64,000 nucleotides of DNA from an uncultured Acidimicrobiia bacterium (lineage in GTDB: Bacteria > Actinomycetota > Acidimicrobiia > IMCC26256 > PALSA-555), in contig CAWELA010000004.1 of the NCBI GenBank assembly GCA_963809885.1, positions 61,019 to 125,018 on the forward strand. The letters run 5' to 3'. The position numbers and the translations under genes are program-made. The notes below the pieces were generated by a model. It did not search any database. It was not told the DNA's origin and worked only from the letters and a program-made list of their open reading frames with translations. Numbering within the stretch: the stretch's first letter is position 1; each line of letters begins with the position of its first letter. Of the stretch, positions 1-9,351 are shown piece after piece.

Positions 1-133
1 CCAAGTGCGCACCGTCGTCGAGCTCTCGCTCTCGTTCGATCACCGGGCCATGGATGGTGGCGACGCGGGTGGCTTCCTCCGGTTCGTGGCCGACTGCGTG
101 GAGCAGCCCTCAACGCTCCTGGCCTACACCTGA
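1..133 (+). CDS. 3' end of a 2-oxoacid dehydrogenase E2 (dihydrolipoamide acyltransferase) gene, 5'-truncated by the window edge
   Basis: Reading from position 2 gives ...LSLSFDHRAMDGGDAGGFLRFVADCVEQPSTLLAYT* with TGA at 131-133. DHR-x-x-DG is the catalytic motif of the E2/CAT-like acyltransferase fold. Absent from the ORF track because it is truncated. Confidence 0.8.
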   Translation, partial: QVRTVVELSLSFDHRAMDGGDAGGFLRFVADCVEQPSTLLAYT

Positions 134-3100
134 GCGCCGTCGGCGCCGTGGAGGCGGCGCCGCGCGGCCTCCGTCCGGAACCGCTCGACCCCCAGGAGCT
201 TGACGTTCTCGTAGCCGCGGACAAGGTCCGGAAGCGACGCGACCTCAACCGCGCCGTCGTAGTTCTGGAACGTGAGGGCGCTGAGCGTGGCCTCGACGAG
301 GTCGCGGTACTCCCGGATGAGTGAGCGCTCGGTGCGGCGGATCTTCGTGTACCCGAAGAGGTCCAGCGGGGTGCCACGCACGTGTCGCATCGCACGGAGC
401 GCGACGAAGGCGGGGCGGAACCAACGACCGAGCGCGAGCTTCTGCTTCATCCCGAGCGCTCGGAGCGCCGGCGGATGCAGCCGGTACCGGACCTTTCCGC
501 CATCGGGAAACTGCGCCCGCAACGCAGCCGTGAACTCGGGTCGCAGTGAGAGGCGAGCCACCTCGTACTCGTCCTTGTACGCCATGAGCTTGAACAGGTA
601 GCGGGCCACCGCGGTCGAGAGCTCGCAGCGCGCCGGGAGGACGGCGCGCTCCGCCGCGAGGACGCGCTCGACGAAGCCGAGGTACTCGCGAGCGAGGCGA
701 GGACCCTGGTACTCGACGAGCTCGGGCACGCGGACCTCGAGGAGCCGGCGGACGGGTGTCGGGAAGGTCGTCGGGGAGCGCCGCGAGGATCTCGGCGCCG
801 GACGCGCGCCCTGGTCGCGACGCTCGGCGCGGTGTCCCGATCTCGACCGGAGTCGGCGTCTCGGTGCCGAGACCCGCCGCGCCGAGAGTGCCCGCCGGGT
901 CGAGGACGAACCGCCGGCCCCAGCGGAACGCTTGCTGGTTCCGCTCCACCGCCACGCCGTTGAGCTCGAGGGCCCGCTCGATGGAGCCCGCGCTCAGGGG
1001 GAGTGCGCCCACTTGGAAGGCGATGCCGAGCAGCAGCGGGTTCGCCATCAGGTGATCAGCGAAGAGCCCCGTCCCGAGCGCCTCGGCGTCGGCGTGCGCG
1101 TCGATGGCCCCACCGTGGAAGGCCACGGTCTCGAGCAGCCCGTCGACCGCGGGGAAGCTCACGCTCGTGTCCCGCACCATCGCGCCGGTGGGCACCTTGC
1201 TCGTCGAGACGACCACACGCGTGCCGTTGCGCATCGCGCCGACGTTCCGCGGGTCGGCGGCGACGAGGAGATCGAATCCGAGGTAGGCGTCGGCCTCGCG
1301 GGAGCCGATCGCGTTGGACGAAGCGATCGGCTCGCGACGCGAGCTTCACATGGGAGACGACCGGGCCTCCCTTCTGGCTCAGTCCGGTCTGGTCGAGGCC
1401 GCTGACATGAAGGCCATCGAGGAGCGCGGCCGTCGCGAGCACCTGGCTGATCGTGACGACGCCCGTGCCGCCCACGCCGGTGAGGTAGATCGTGTAGCCA
1501 TCGCCGATCGCCGGGCGCACCGGGTCCTCGATCTCGGTCGCGGTGATGAGCGGGAGGTTGCGAGCTCCCGGACCCGACGATCCGACGACGGCCTGGGCTC
1601 GCCGAGCGTCCGCTCGACGACGTGATCGGCGTGTCTCGTGGACGGTCACGAACGATGGGCAGTCACCCTCGAGGCAGGTGAAGTCGAGGTTGCAGGACGA
1701 TTGATGGATGCGCGTCTTGCGTCCGAGCTCCGTCTCGATCGGCTGCACCGAGAGGCAGTTGCTCTTCGCGCCGCAGTCGCCGCAGCCCTCGCACACCCAT
1801 TCGTTGATGAAGACGCGCTGGGTGGGGGTCGGGGATCGACCGCGCTTGCGGAGGCGTCGGCGCTCCGCCGCGCATGCCTGGTCGTAGACCAGGACGGTGA
1901 CGCCCTCGACGTCGCGCAGTTCCCGCTGTGCTTCGTCGAGGCGATCACGCGGCCAGACGGTGACGTTCGGCGCCCATCGCGCCCGGGACGGGTACCCCTT
2001 CGGGTCCTCGGAGCAGACGATCGTCCGGCGCACACCCTCGGCTTCGAGCAGGCGCGTGAGGTCGGGAACCGACATGGCGCCGGGTGCATCCTGGCCGCCG
2101 GTCATCGCGACCGTGCCGTTGTAGAGGAGCTTGAACGTGATGTTCACTCCCGCGCTCACACACGCCCGGATGGCCATGCTCCCCGAGTGGAAGAACGTGC
2201 CGTCGCCCAGGTTCTGGAACATGTGCCGGCGATCGGTGAACGGTGCTCGTCCGATCCACTCGGCGCCCTCGCCGCCCATCTGGGTCATGGCGACCGCGCT
2301 GCGGCCCATCATCGCGGCCATGGTGTGACACCCGATCCCTCCACCGGCGACCGAACCGTCGGGCACGTTCGTCGAGCGATTGTGCGGGCATCCGCTGCAG
2401 AAATAGGGCGCGCGAGTGACGTTCGGGACGGGGGTCGGACGATCGCGGCGTCCGATGGGACGATCGCTGATCTCGGCCCCCGATCCGGGTCGAGCACCTT
2501 CGAAGGCGGGCCCGAGCCACGACGCGAGGGCGGGCAGGATCCGGTCCGGCGTCAGCTCGCCGTCCGCGGGGACGAGGGTGAGACCCTCGGCGTCCTGCTT
2601 GCCGAGCACGCGCGGGCGGGACGCGGCGTCGTAGAGGATGTCGCGCAGCTGGCTCTCCACGAAGGCGCGCTTCTCCTCGACCACGAGGATCTCGTGGAGA
2701 CCATCGGCGAAGCTACGCACGATGGTCGGCTCGACGGGCCAGATCATCCCGAGGTGCAGGATCCGGATCCCCGAGCGCTCGAGGGCTTCGTCGTCGAGCC
2801 CGGAGGCCGCCAAGGCATGACGGACGTCGTAGTAGGTCTTCCCGGCTGCGACGATGCCGCGCCGGGCGGACCGAGCCCGATCGCCCGCGATCTGATCGAT
2901 GCCGTTGACGCGTGCGTACGCGCGCGCGGCCTCGGTGCGCCCGGAGAGCAGCTCGCGTTCGTCGCCGAGGTTGCGGGGCGGCAGCGCGAGCCCGCCCTGG
3001 GCGTACGACCAGGGTCGGCCTTCGATCGCGACCTCGGGCAGCACCGGTGCGTGGCGCTCGGGGGAGACCGTGGCGGTCCCGAAGCCGTCGGCGACGTTGG

Positions 3101-3716
3101 TGACGATCTTCATCCCGATCCACAGCCCCGAGGCGCGCGACATCGCGATCGCGTGTTGCCCGAGGTCGAGGATCTCCTGCACGTTGCCGGGGAACAGCAC
3201 CGGGATGTTCGCGGCGGCGAGCGCGCCTTCGCTCGCGGACGGGATCGTCGACGATTTCGACGATGGGTCGTCGCCTGCGAGCACCACGACCCCGCCGCGT
3301 GGGTGGGTACCCATCAGGTTGCCGTGGCGGAACACGTCCCCGCAGCGATCCACACCCGGTGCCTTGCCGTACCAGATCGACACGATCCCGTCGTGCTCGG
3401 CCAGCTCACCCAGTGCGTCCTGCTGGGCTCCCCAGGCCGCCGTCGCCGCGAGCTCCTCGTTGACACCCGGCGTGAACCGCACGTCGTGCTCGTCCAGGAG
3501 TGGGGCCTCGCGTTGGAGGGCCAGGTCGTAGGTGCCGAGCGGTGATCCCTGGTACCCGGAGATGAAGGTCCCGGTGCGGTGGCCGGCGCGCCGATCGATT
3601 CGATGTCGATCGATCGGGAGGCGGACGAGCGCCTGGATCCCCGAGAGGAGGATCGTCCCGCGCTGGTTGCGGTAGCGATCGCCGAGCGTGAACTCGGTGG
3701 TGCGCGTCGTGGTCAC
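124..3716 (-). pseudogene. indolepyruvate/arylpyruvate:ferredoxin oxidoreductase family protein (fused IorA-IorB type), frame broken twice as assembled
   Basis: Three minus-strand ORF pieces read as one protein. ORF 1056..3716 is the N-terminal TPP/PFOR-like part (MTTTRTTEFTLGDRYRNQRGTILLSGIQALVRLP..., Cys cluster CEGCGDCGAKSNC, ...GLDQTGLSQKGGPVVSHVKLA). ORF 245..1234 is the middle (SNAIGSREADAYLGFDLLVAADPRNVGAMRNGTRVVVSTSKVPTGAMV...). ORF 124..729 is the C-terminus (RRLLEVRVPELVEYQGPRLAREYLGFVERV...). Frame changes lie at about 1340 and about 780. The total is about 1197 codons. Confidence 0.85.
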
Positions 3717-3744
3717 GCCAGGCCGTCGCGCTCGCCGCGTGCGA

Positions 3745-4137
3745 TCAGGCGATCGCCGCCTCGGCGATCGCCTGATCCTGGGAGTAGTGGCCGCCGCTCA
3801 CGCCGATGCCGCCGATGGGCCCCGCAGCTCCCATGATGGGAAGACCTCCCGGCAGTGCTGCCACCTGCGCCTCGCCGCTGAACGCGAACGCCAGCACCTG
3901 GTCGCCCTGGGCCATCTCCACGATCATGTGGGTCGGCGCGCCCATCGCCGCGGAGAACGTCGCCTTCTTCTTGGCCACGTCGATCATCAGGAAGCTCGCG
4001 CCGTCCATGCGAGCCGATGCCACCACGTGTCCGCCGCCGTCGACGACGACCACGGCGATGGGAAGGTCCTGGGCTTGCGCCGCCTCGACGGCCTTGCGAA
4101 CGAGCCCCTGGGCGGTGGTGAGGTCGACGTTGCTCAC
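3745..4137 (-). CDS. GlcG/HbpS-like (DUF336) putative heme-binding protein
   Basis: ORF-track 130 aa: MSNVDLTTAQGLVRKAVEAAQAQDLPIAVVVVDGGGHVVASARMDGA...LPGGLPIMGAAGPIGGIGVSGGHYSQDQAIAEAAIA, the typical GlcG pattern. It ends 28 nt upstream of the IOR start on the same strand. Confidence 0.8.
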   Translation of the reverse strand: MSNVDLTTAQGLVRKAVEAAQAQDLPIAVVVVDGGGHVVASARMDGASFLMIDVAKKKATFSAAMGAPTHMIVEMAQGDQVLAFAFSGEAQVAALPGGLPIMGAAGPIGGIGVSGGHYSQDQAIAEAAIA

Positions 4138-4192
4138 GTGATGTGCCTCCGCGATGATCGGACGCCCGGTGGCTCACCGGGCGATGACGTCC

Positions 4193-4204
4193 TACAATAT
4201 CGTC
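4193..4204 (+). promoter_or_regulatory. AT-rich 12-mer TACAATATCGTC (candidate -10 TACAAT plus conserved downstream box) upstream of the Rieske oxygenase gene
   Basis: An identical 12-mer recurs at 7088..7099 in the next divergent intergenic region. It lies 63 nt upstream of ATG 4267. TACAAT fits the TAnnnT -10 pattern. Confidence 0.35.
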
Positions 4205-4266
4205 TGGCAAAGCCGCCGCCAGTCGCTCGGACCGATCGGTGGCCAGGACCGTACGAGGGAGCCGCG

Positions 4267-5271
4267 ATGACCGCCACCGAGAACCCGACGCAGCGCCGCG
4301 GTCGTGAGTTCGAGCCGCAAGGCCCCGAGGGGTACTACGAGGGCTGGTACCCCGTGTGCCTCGCCGAGGAGCTCGACGGCGAGCGGCTCGTCGGAGCCGA
4401 CTTCCTCAATGGCCGGATCGTCGCCCTCCGGTCCGCGGACAACACGCCCATCGTGATGAGCGCGTACTGCCGCCACCTCGGGGCTGACCTCTCGATCGGC
4501 GATGTCGTCGACGGCTGCATCCGGTGCGCGTTCCACCACTGGAAGTACGCGACCAACGGTCGCGTCGTCGAAGTGCCGGTCGACGAGCCCATCCCCGACG
4601 AGGCGCAGCTGTACGTGTTCCCCTCGGCGGAGGAGTTCGGGATCGTCTGGGCGTACAACGGTTCGGGGGAGCCCACCGAGTTCCCGCGGTTCCACGGGTT
4701 CGAGACCGAAGACCTCTACTTCAAGGCGGCGCCGCGCGAGGCGTTCCGCGAGTACCCCGTCGAGCCGTGGGTCCTGCTCACGAACTCGTGCGACATCCAG
4801 CACCTCCGCGCGCTGCACGGGCTCGAGATCGACGTCGATCCCGACGCGATCGAGATCACCGAGCACACCATCGACTACGACGCCCACATCGTCGACCCGA
4901 ATCTCGGCGAGATGGATCAGCACATCACGACCTTCGGGACGAACACCATCATGCTCACCGGCCAGATGGGTGGGATGGATGTGCTCATGGGGTCGTCGGC
5001 CGTCCCCCTTCCCAAGGGTTGGGCACGAAACTTCCAGTTCGCTGCCACCCCGAGGCGCACCGGCAGCGACGAGGAGCGCGAGCAGGCCGAGATCGCGATG
5101 TCGATGGCGCTCGCCTTCGGCGAGCAGCTGCTGAAGGACGACGATCGTGTGATGGCGAACATCCACTTCCGGGAGGACCTGCTGCTCCCGGCCGACCGCG
5201 CGCTCACCCGCTTCCTGCGCTACGTCCGGGGCTTCCCGCGGGCGAACCCGGCGCGCGACTTCCTGGTCTAG
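4267..5271 (+). CDS. Rieske [2Fe-2S] non-heme-iron oxygenase, alpha-subunit-like (KshA/phthalate-family size)
   Basis: ATG 4267 lies inside ORF 3688..5271; the upstream part is an Arg-rich shadow of the opposite-strand gene. Rieske ligands are CRHLGADLS...CAFHHWKY. The mononuclear-iron motif D-x2-H-x4-H is DIQHLRALH. 334 aa. Confidence 0.85.
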   Translation: MTATENPTQRRGREFEPQGPEGYYEGWYPVCLAEELDGERLVGADFLNGRIVALRSADNTPIVMSAYCRHLGADLSIGDVVDGCIRCAFHHWKYATNGRVVEVPVDEPIPDEAQLYVFPSAEEFGIVWAYNGSGEPTEFPRFHGFETEDLYFKAAPREAFREYPVEPWVLLTNSCDIQHLRALHGLEIDVDPDAIEITEHTIDYDAHIVDPNLGEMDQHITTFGTNTIMLTGQMGGMDVLMGSSAVPLPKGWARNFQFAATPRRTGSDEEREQAEIAMSMALAFGEQLLKDDDRVMANIHFREDLLLPADRALTRFLRYVRGFPRANPARDFLV

Positions 5272-5283
5272 GCGAGCTCGGTC

Positions 5284-6142
5284 TCAGGTGAGGTCAGGCA
5301 GACCGATCGCGAAGACGACCGTCGGCTCGACCGCTTCGAGGATCTCATCGTCGCCGGGATCGAACTTGAACGCGCTGCGGCTCCCGTAGAGCCCGGCCGA
5401 GGCCCGGAGCGTCCCGTCGACCACGAAGTGGAGCTCGGGCGCGCGGAGACCGAGGCACGCGGTGGGTGGCTCCTGCGTCATAGCGCGTGAAGCCGATGCT
5501 CGTCCGGCGCTCGCTGAACGTCCCCAGGTGCCGGTGACTGATGCCGGGCTCCGGGTTCCCGGAGCCGTCTCGGGCGCTCACCCACGCGAACGAGTCCGGG
5601 CGCATGGTGATCGGGGTCTCGTAGCGCGGCGCCGGGTACTCGACCGGCCGACCGTTGATCTCCTCCCAGATGGCCTCGTAGCCGTCCTTGTTGCGCTGCT
5701 TGCCGTCGTCGTCGACGTAGCGCCAGGTCCCGTCGTCGAACGAACCGTGCGAGCTCTCGGCGAGCCGCTTGCTGCCCTCGGCGAGCCGGTCGTAGCTCAT
5801 GAAGCCGGACGTGCTGGCCTCTCCGTACTGGAGGGTCAGCACGAGCGAACCGTGCCCCTGTTGCGGACCGTAGAACGTTCCTTCCGGCGAGTACGTCACC
5901 GTCCCTTCCGGCATCGACACCGACGGTGACCACTCGTGCAGGCCTTCGAGCACGTAGTGGATCTGGGAGAAGTTGTGATGGTGGCGCGGTGTCGTGTACT
6001 CCTCGCCGAAGTGCACGATGCTCCACTCGAAGTTCCCGGCCGAGTCCGGATCACCTCGCAACAGCCGTTGGAACTTGATGCCGCTCCCGCGATGGTCGGA
6101 GAAGCAGTGCGGATCGGCGTCGATGGCTCGGATGGTCTGCAT
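5284..6142 (-). pseudogene. cupin-domain (bicupin-like) protein, paralog B, one frame break as assembled
   Basis: MQTIRAIDADPHCFSDHRGSGIKFQRLL...TPRHHHNFSQIHYVLEG...IGFTRYDAGATH is read in the frame of ORF 5345..7645. The protein then continues in ORF 5284..5481 (ACLGLRAPELHFVVDGTLRASAGLYGSRSAFKFDPGDDEILEAVEPTVVFAIGLPDLT*). The break is at about 5461, an extra C in CACCCACC. Confidence 0.7.
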
Positions 6143-6162
6143 GTCGGAGCGCTCCTGGGTCT

Positions 6163-7006
6163 TCAGTCGAAGCTCGGAAGCCCGATGACGTATGTCGTCG
6201 TCGCTTCCACTGCTTCGAGCATCTCGTCGTCGCCGGGATCGAACTCGAATGCGGTCCACCTCCCGTAGAGGCCGCTCCGACACCGCAGTGCCCCCTCGAG
6301 CACGAAGTGGAGCTCGGGCGCGCGCAGGTCGCGCACCGCGTGCGTCGCGCCCGCGTCGTACGCGCGTGAACCCGACGCTCGTGCGGAGCTCGCTGAACGT
6401 GCCGCAGTGCTTGTGCGCGATGCCGGCCTGGTCGGCTGCCGGTACCCACGCGAACGCGTCGGGAAGCATCGTGATCGGCGTCTCGTAGCGCGGCGCCGGG
6501 TATTCGACTGCTCGCCCGTTGATCTCCTGCCAGATGGCCTCGTAGCCGTCCTGGTTGCGCTGCTTGCCGTCCTCGTCGACGGAGCGATAGGTGCCCCCCT
6601 CGAACCGCCCGTTCGGGTTCTCCGCCAGGCGCTTGTTCCCCTCGGCGAGCCGGTCGTAGCTCATGAACCCCGCGCGGCTCGCCTCGCCGTACTGGAGCCC
6701 GAGCAACAACGCCCCGTGTCCGTGCTGGGGCCCGTAGAAGGTTCCCTCGGGGAAGTAGGTGACCGACCCGGTCGGGAGGAGCCGATCGGGCGCCCACTCG
6801 TGCGTGCCCTCGAGCACGTAGTGGATCTGGGAGAAGTTGTGGTGGTGGCGCGGGGTCTCGTAGTCCTCGCCGGCGCGCACGATGCTCCACTCGAAGTTGT
6901 TCGGCGCGGCGGGATCACCCTGGAGCAGTCGCTGGAACTTGATGTCCCCCTCGCGATGGCTCGCGAACTGGTACGCCTCGATCTCCGCGCTCTTCACTGC
7001 CTGCAT
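6163..7006 (-). pseudogene. cupin-domain (bicupin-like) protein, paralog A, one frame break as assembled
   Basis: MQAVKSAEIEAYQFASHREGDIKFQRLL...TPRHHHNFSQIHYVLEG...SVGFTR is followed in another frame by AYDAGATHAVRDLRAPELHFV...IGLPSFD* (stop 6163-6165). The break is at about 6362. It is clearly paralogous to the gene 20 nt downstream. Confidence 0.7.
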
Positions 7007-7081
7007 CGCTCGAACCTCTTCATCGCCCCGGAGTCGCCGTCGTCGGCACGGCACCGGATCCCGTTGGGCACCCGGGTGGCT

Positions 7082-7099
7082 TTGTAGTACAATATCGTC
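7082..7099 (+). promoter_or_regulatory. palindrome TTGTAgTACAA overlapping the shared 12-mer TACAATATCGTC; candidate operator/-10 upstream of the M24 peptidase gene
   Basis: TTGTA/TACAA arms occupy 7082..7092 and fit the GntR-type GT-N-AC operator shape. The 12-mer at 7088..7099 is identical to 4193..4204. It lies 69 nt upstream of GTG 7168. Confidence 0.35.
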
Positions 7100-7167
7100 C
7101 GACGTGTCGCCCGGCAAGGCAGCCGGGGGCAACACCGGGGCGGGGGCATCACCGGGGAGGGGGGTCC

Positions 7168-8376
7168 GTGCTGCTGAACCGCGACCGCGCGGATCGCGTG
7201 ATGGACGAGCACGGTCTCGGCGCGCTGGTCGCGTCGACCCCGTTGAACGTCTACTACCTGACCGACTGGCAGACCGAAGCCGGTTGGTCGTTCCCCGGGG
7301 TGTCCGCGGCGCTCGTGCCCCGCGAGCACGAGCGCCCGGCCGCGGTGCTGACCGTCGACGTCGACACCGAGTTCCCCCAGGCGCGCGACGACGCGTGGGT
7401 CGAGGAGGTCCGGCCGTACCACGGGATGTCGACGCTGGTGCTCCGGCACGAGCGCGCCCTGGTCGACGGCACCCTCGTCGACGATCCCCCCGAGCTCGCG
7501 GGCGAACCGTGCGATCCGACCGCAGCGGTGGCGGCGTTCCTCGAAGAGGTCGGTCTCGCCGATGCGCGCGTCGGGTTCGAGGACCCGTGGTTCGGCGAGC
7601 GGGTGCGCGATGCGGGAGCGACCGGTGTCGAGGTCGTTCCCGCACTCGACCTCCTGAGGTCCATCCGGATGGTGAAGACCCCCCACGAGGTCGCCCTCAT
7701 CCGGAGCGCCGCGCGCAAGACCGAGGTCGCGCAGCTCGCGAGCATGGAGGCGGTCGCCGCCGGTGCCTCCTGGGCCGAGGCACAGCGGGTGTTCTTCGCC
7801 GTCATGACCCAGATCGGCGGACAGCCGCTCTACCTGGCGGGCACGGTGGCCCGTCCGGACGTCGGTCCACTCGTCGGTGCAGCGATGCACGAGCACCGTC
7901 CCGGCGACACCGTGTTCTTCGACGGTTTCGGCGGGTACCACCACTACTTCGGGGACATCGGGCGTACGGTGGTGTTCGGCGAGCCGACCGAGGCGCAGCG
8001 CACGGTGTTCGCCGCGCTCCGGGCCGGTTGGCACGACACCTGGCCGAAGATCCGCCCGGGTCTCGACTCGCGTGAGCTCGCAGCGATGGTGATGCGCCAC
8101 GTCCGGGCCGCGGGCGCGGCGGACTACCAGATCTGCTCGCCCCACTCGGTCGGGCTCGAGCACTTCGACAACCCGCATCCTCGTTCGGTCTACGCGCCGT
8201 TCACCGTCGAGTCCGGGATGGTGCTGAGCGTCGACGTCCCGTACATGGCGCCGGACACCGGGATGCTGCACACCGAGGACCTCGTGCTCGTCGCTGACGA
8301 CGGCGTCGAGTTCCTGACCTCGAACGACGACCGGCTGTGCGTGGCCGTCGACGGCAGTGTGCACCGAGTCGCATGA
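7168..8376 (+). CDS. M24-family metallopeptidase (Xaa-Pro aminopeptidase/creatinase-like)
   Basis: ORF-track 402 aa. It has a creatinase/prolidase-type N-domain followed by a pita-bread fold (...RMVKTPHEVALIRSAARK..., ...FFDGFGGYHHYFGDIGRT..., ...HSVGLEHFD..., ...LHTEDLVLV...). GTG start. Confidence 0.8.
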   Translation: MLLNRDRADRVMDEHGLGALVASTPLNVYYLTDWQTEAGWSFPGVSAALVPREHERPAAVLTVDVDTEFPQARDDAWVEEVRPYHGMSTLVLRHERALVDGTLVDDPPELAGEPCDPTAAVAAFLEEVGLADARVGFEDPWFGERVRDAGATGVEVVPALDLLRSIRMVKTPHEVALIRSAARKTEVAQLASMEAVAAGASWAEAQRVFFAVMTQIGGQPLYLAGTVARPDVGPLVGAAMHEHRPGDTVFFDGFGGYHHYFGDIGRTVVFGEPTEAQRTVFAALRAGWHDTWPKIRPGLDSRELAAMVMRHVRAAGAADYQICSPHSVGLEHFDNPHPRSVYAPFTVESGMVLSVDVPYMAPDTGMLHTEDLVLVADDGVEFLTSNDDRLCVAVDGSVHRVA

Positions 8377-8400
8377 CCCAGACCTGAGAGGGGAGACCTG

Positions 8401-9348
8401 ATGACCACCCGCAACCTCGACCCCGAGCTCGTGACCATCCTCGACGCGATCGAGGGTGGTGGCATGTTCGACGACGGCGTGACGTTCGACCAGATGCGCG
8501 AGCGCTTCGAGGCGACGGCACCGTTGATGTGGGACGCGGCGGCGCTCGACGTGCACTCCGTCGAGGACCGGGTACTCGACGGTCCCGGTGGCGACCTACC
8601 AGTGCGCATCTACCGGCCGACCGCCACGTCGGATCCGATGCCGGTGCTCGTCTACTTCCACGGGGGCGGCTTCACCATCGGCAGCATCCAGACGGCGGAC
8701 CCGATGAGCCGATTCCTGGCTCGCGAGGCGTCGTGCATCGTGGTGAGCGTCGGCTTCCGCCTCGCGCCCGAGCACCCGTTCCCCGCCCCGCTCGACGACT
8801 GTTGGGCCGCGCTCCAATGGGTCGCGGCGAACGCGGAGACGTTCGGGGGAGACCCGGCGCGCCTCGCGGTCGGTGGTGACGCGTCCGGCGGCACCTACGC
8901 CGCGGTGTGCGCGCTCCTCGCCGGTGACCGCGGTGGCCCGGCGCTCCGCCTCCAGCTGCTGCTGAGCCCGTCCACCGAGTTTGCGGACAAGTACCCCTCC
9001 CGGGTCGAGTTCGCCGACGACCGTCTCATCCCCGGCGACATGGTGGATCGCCTCATGGATGCCTACGCGCCCGAGGGCGTCGACCGCACGGACTGGCGAC
9101 TGTCGCCCGTTCGCCATCCCGACCCTTCGGGGGTGGCTCCGGCATACGTCCTCGCCAGCGAGTACGACTTCCTGCGCGACGAGGAGCGGGCGTACGCCGA
9201 GCGGCTGGAAGCGGCCGGCGTGGCGGTCACCTTCGAGTGCTGGTCGGGCACGGTCCACAACTTCTTCTCGATGTACGACCACCTCGCCGTCGCGCGCCGC
9301 GCGATGGGTGAGGCCGCGAAAGCGCTGCGCACCGCTTTGCACGGGTGA
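8401..9348 (+). CDS. alpha/beta hydrolase, hormone-sensitive-lipase (HSL) type esterase, copy 1
   Basis: ORF-track 315 aa. Oxyanion motif VYFHGGGFTIG, DYRLAPEH-like FRLAPEHPFP, nucleophile region LAVGGDASGG, C-terminal ...GTVHNF. SD-like GAGAGGGGAG precedes the ATG. Confidence 0.85.
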   Translation: MTTRNLDPELVTILDAIEGGGMFDDGVTFDQMRERFEATAPLMWDAAALDVHSVEDRVLDGPGGDLPVRIYRPTATSDPMPVLVYFHGGGFTIGSIQTADPMSRFLAREASCIVVSVGFRLAPEHPFPAPLDDCWAALQWVAANAETFGGDPARLAVGGDASGGTYAAVCALLAGDRGGPALRLQLLLSPSTEFADKYPSRVEFADDRLIPGDMVDRLMDAYAPEGVDRTDWRLSPVRHPDPSGVAPAYVLASEYDFLRDEERAYAERLEAAGVAVTFECWSGTVHNFFSMYDHLAVARRAMGEAAKALRTALHG

Positions 9349-9351
9349 GCG

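Noticed and set aside
5345-7645. 766-aa ORF that looks like one giant protein
   Set aside because: It is a composite of the in-frame parts of the two tandem bicupin genes plus their 20-nt spacer and a long Arg/Pro/Gly-rich upstream run. That upstream run is the shadow of the opposite-strand M24 peptidase gene. Each cupin unit has its own ATG and, after frame correction, its own stop.
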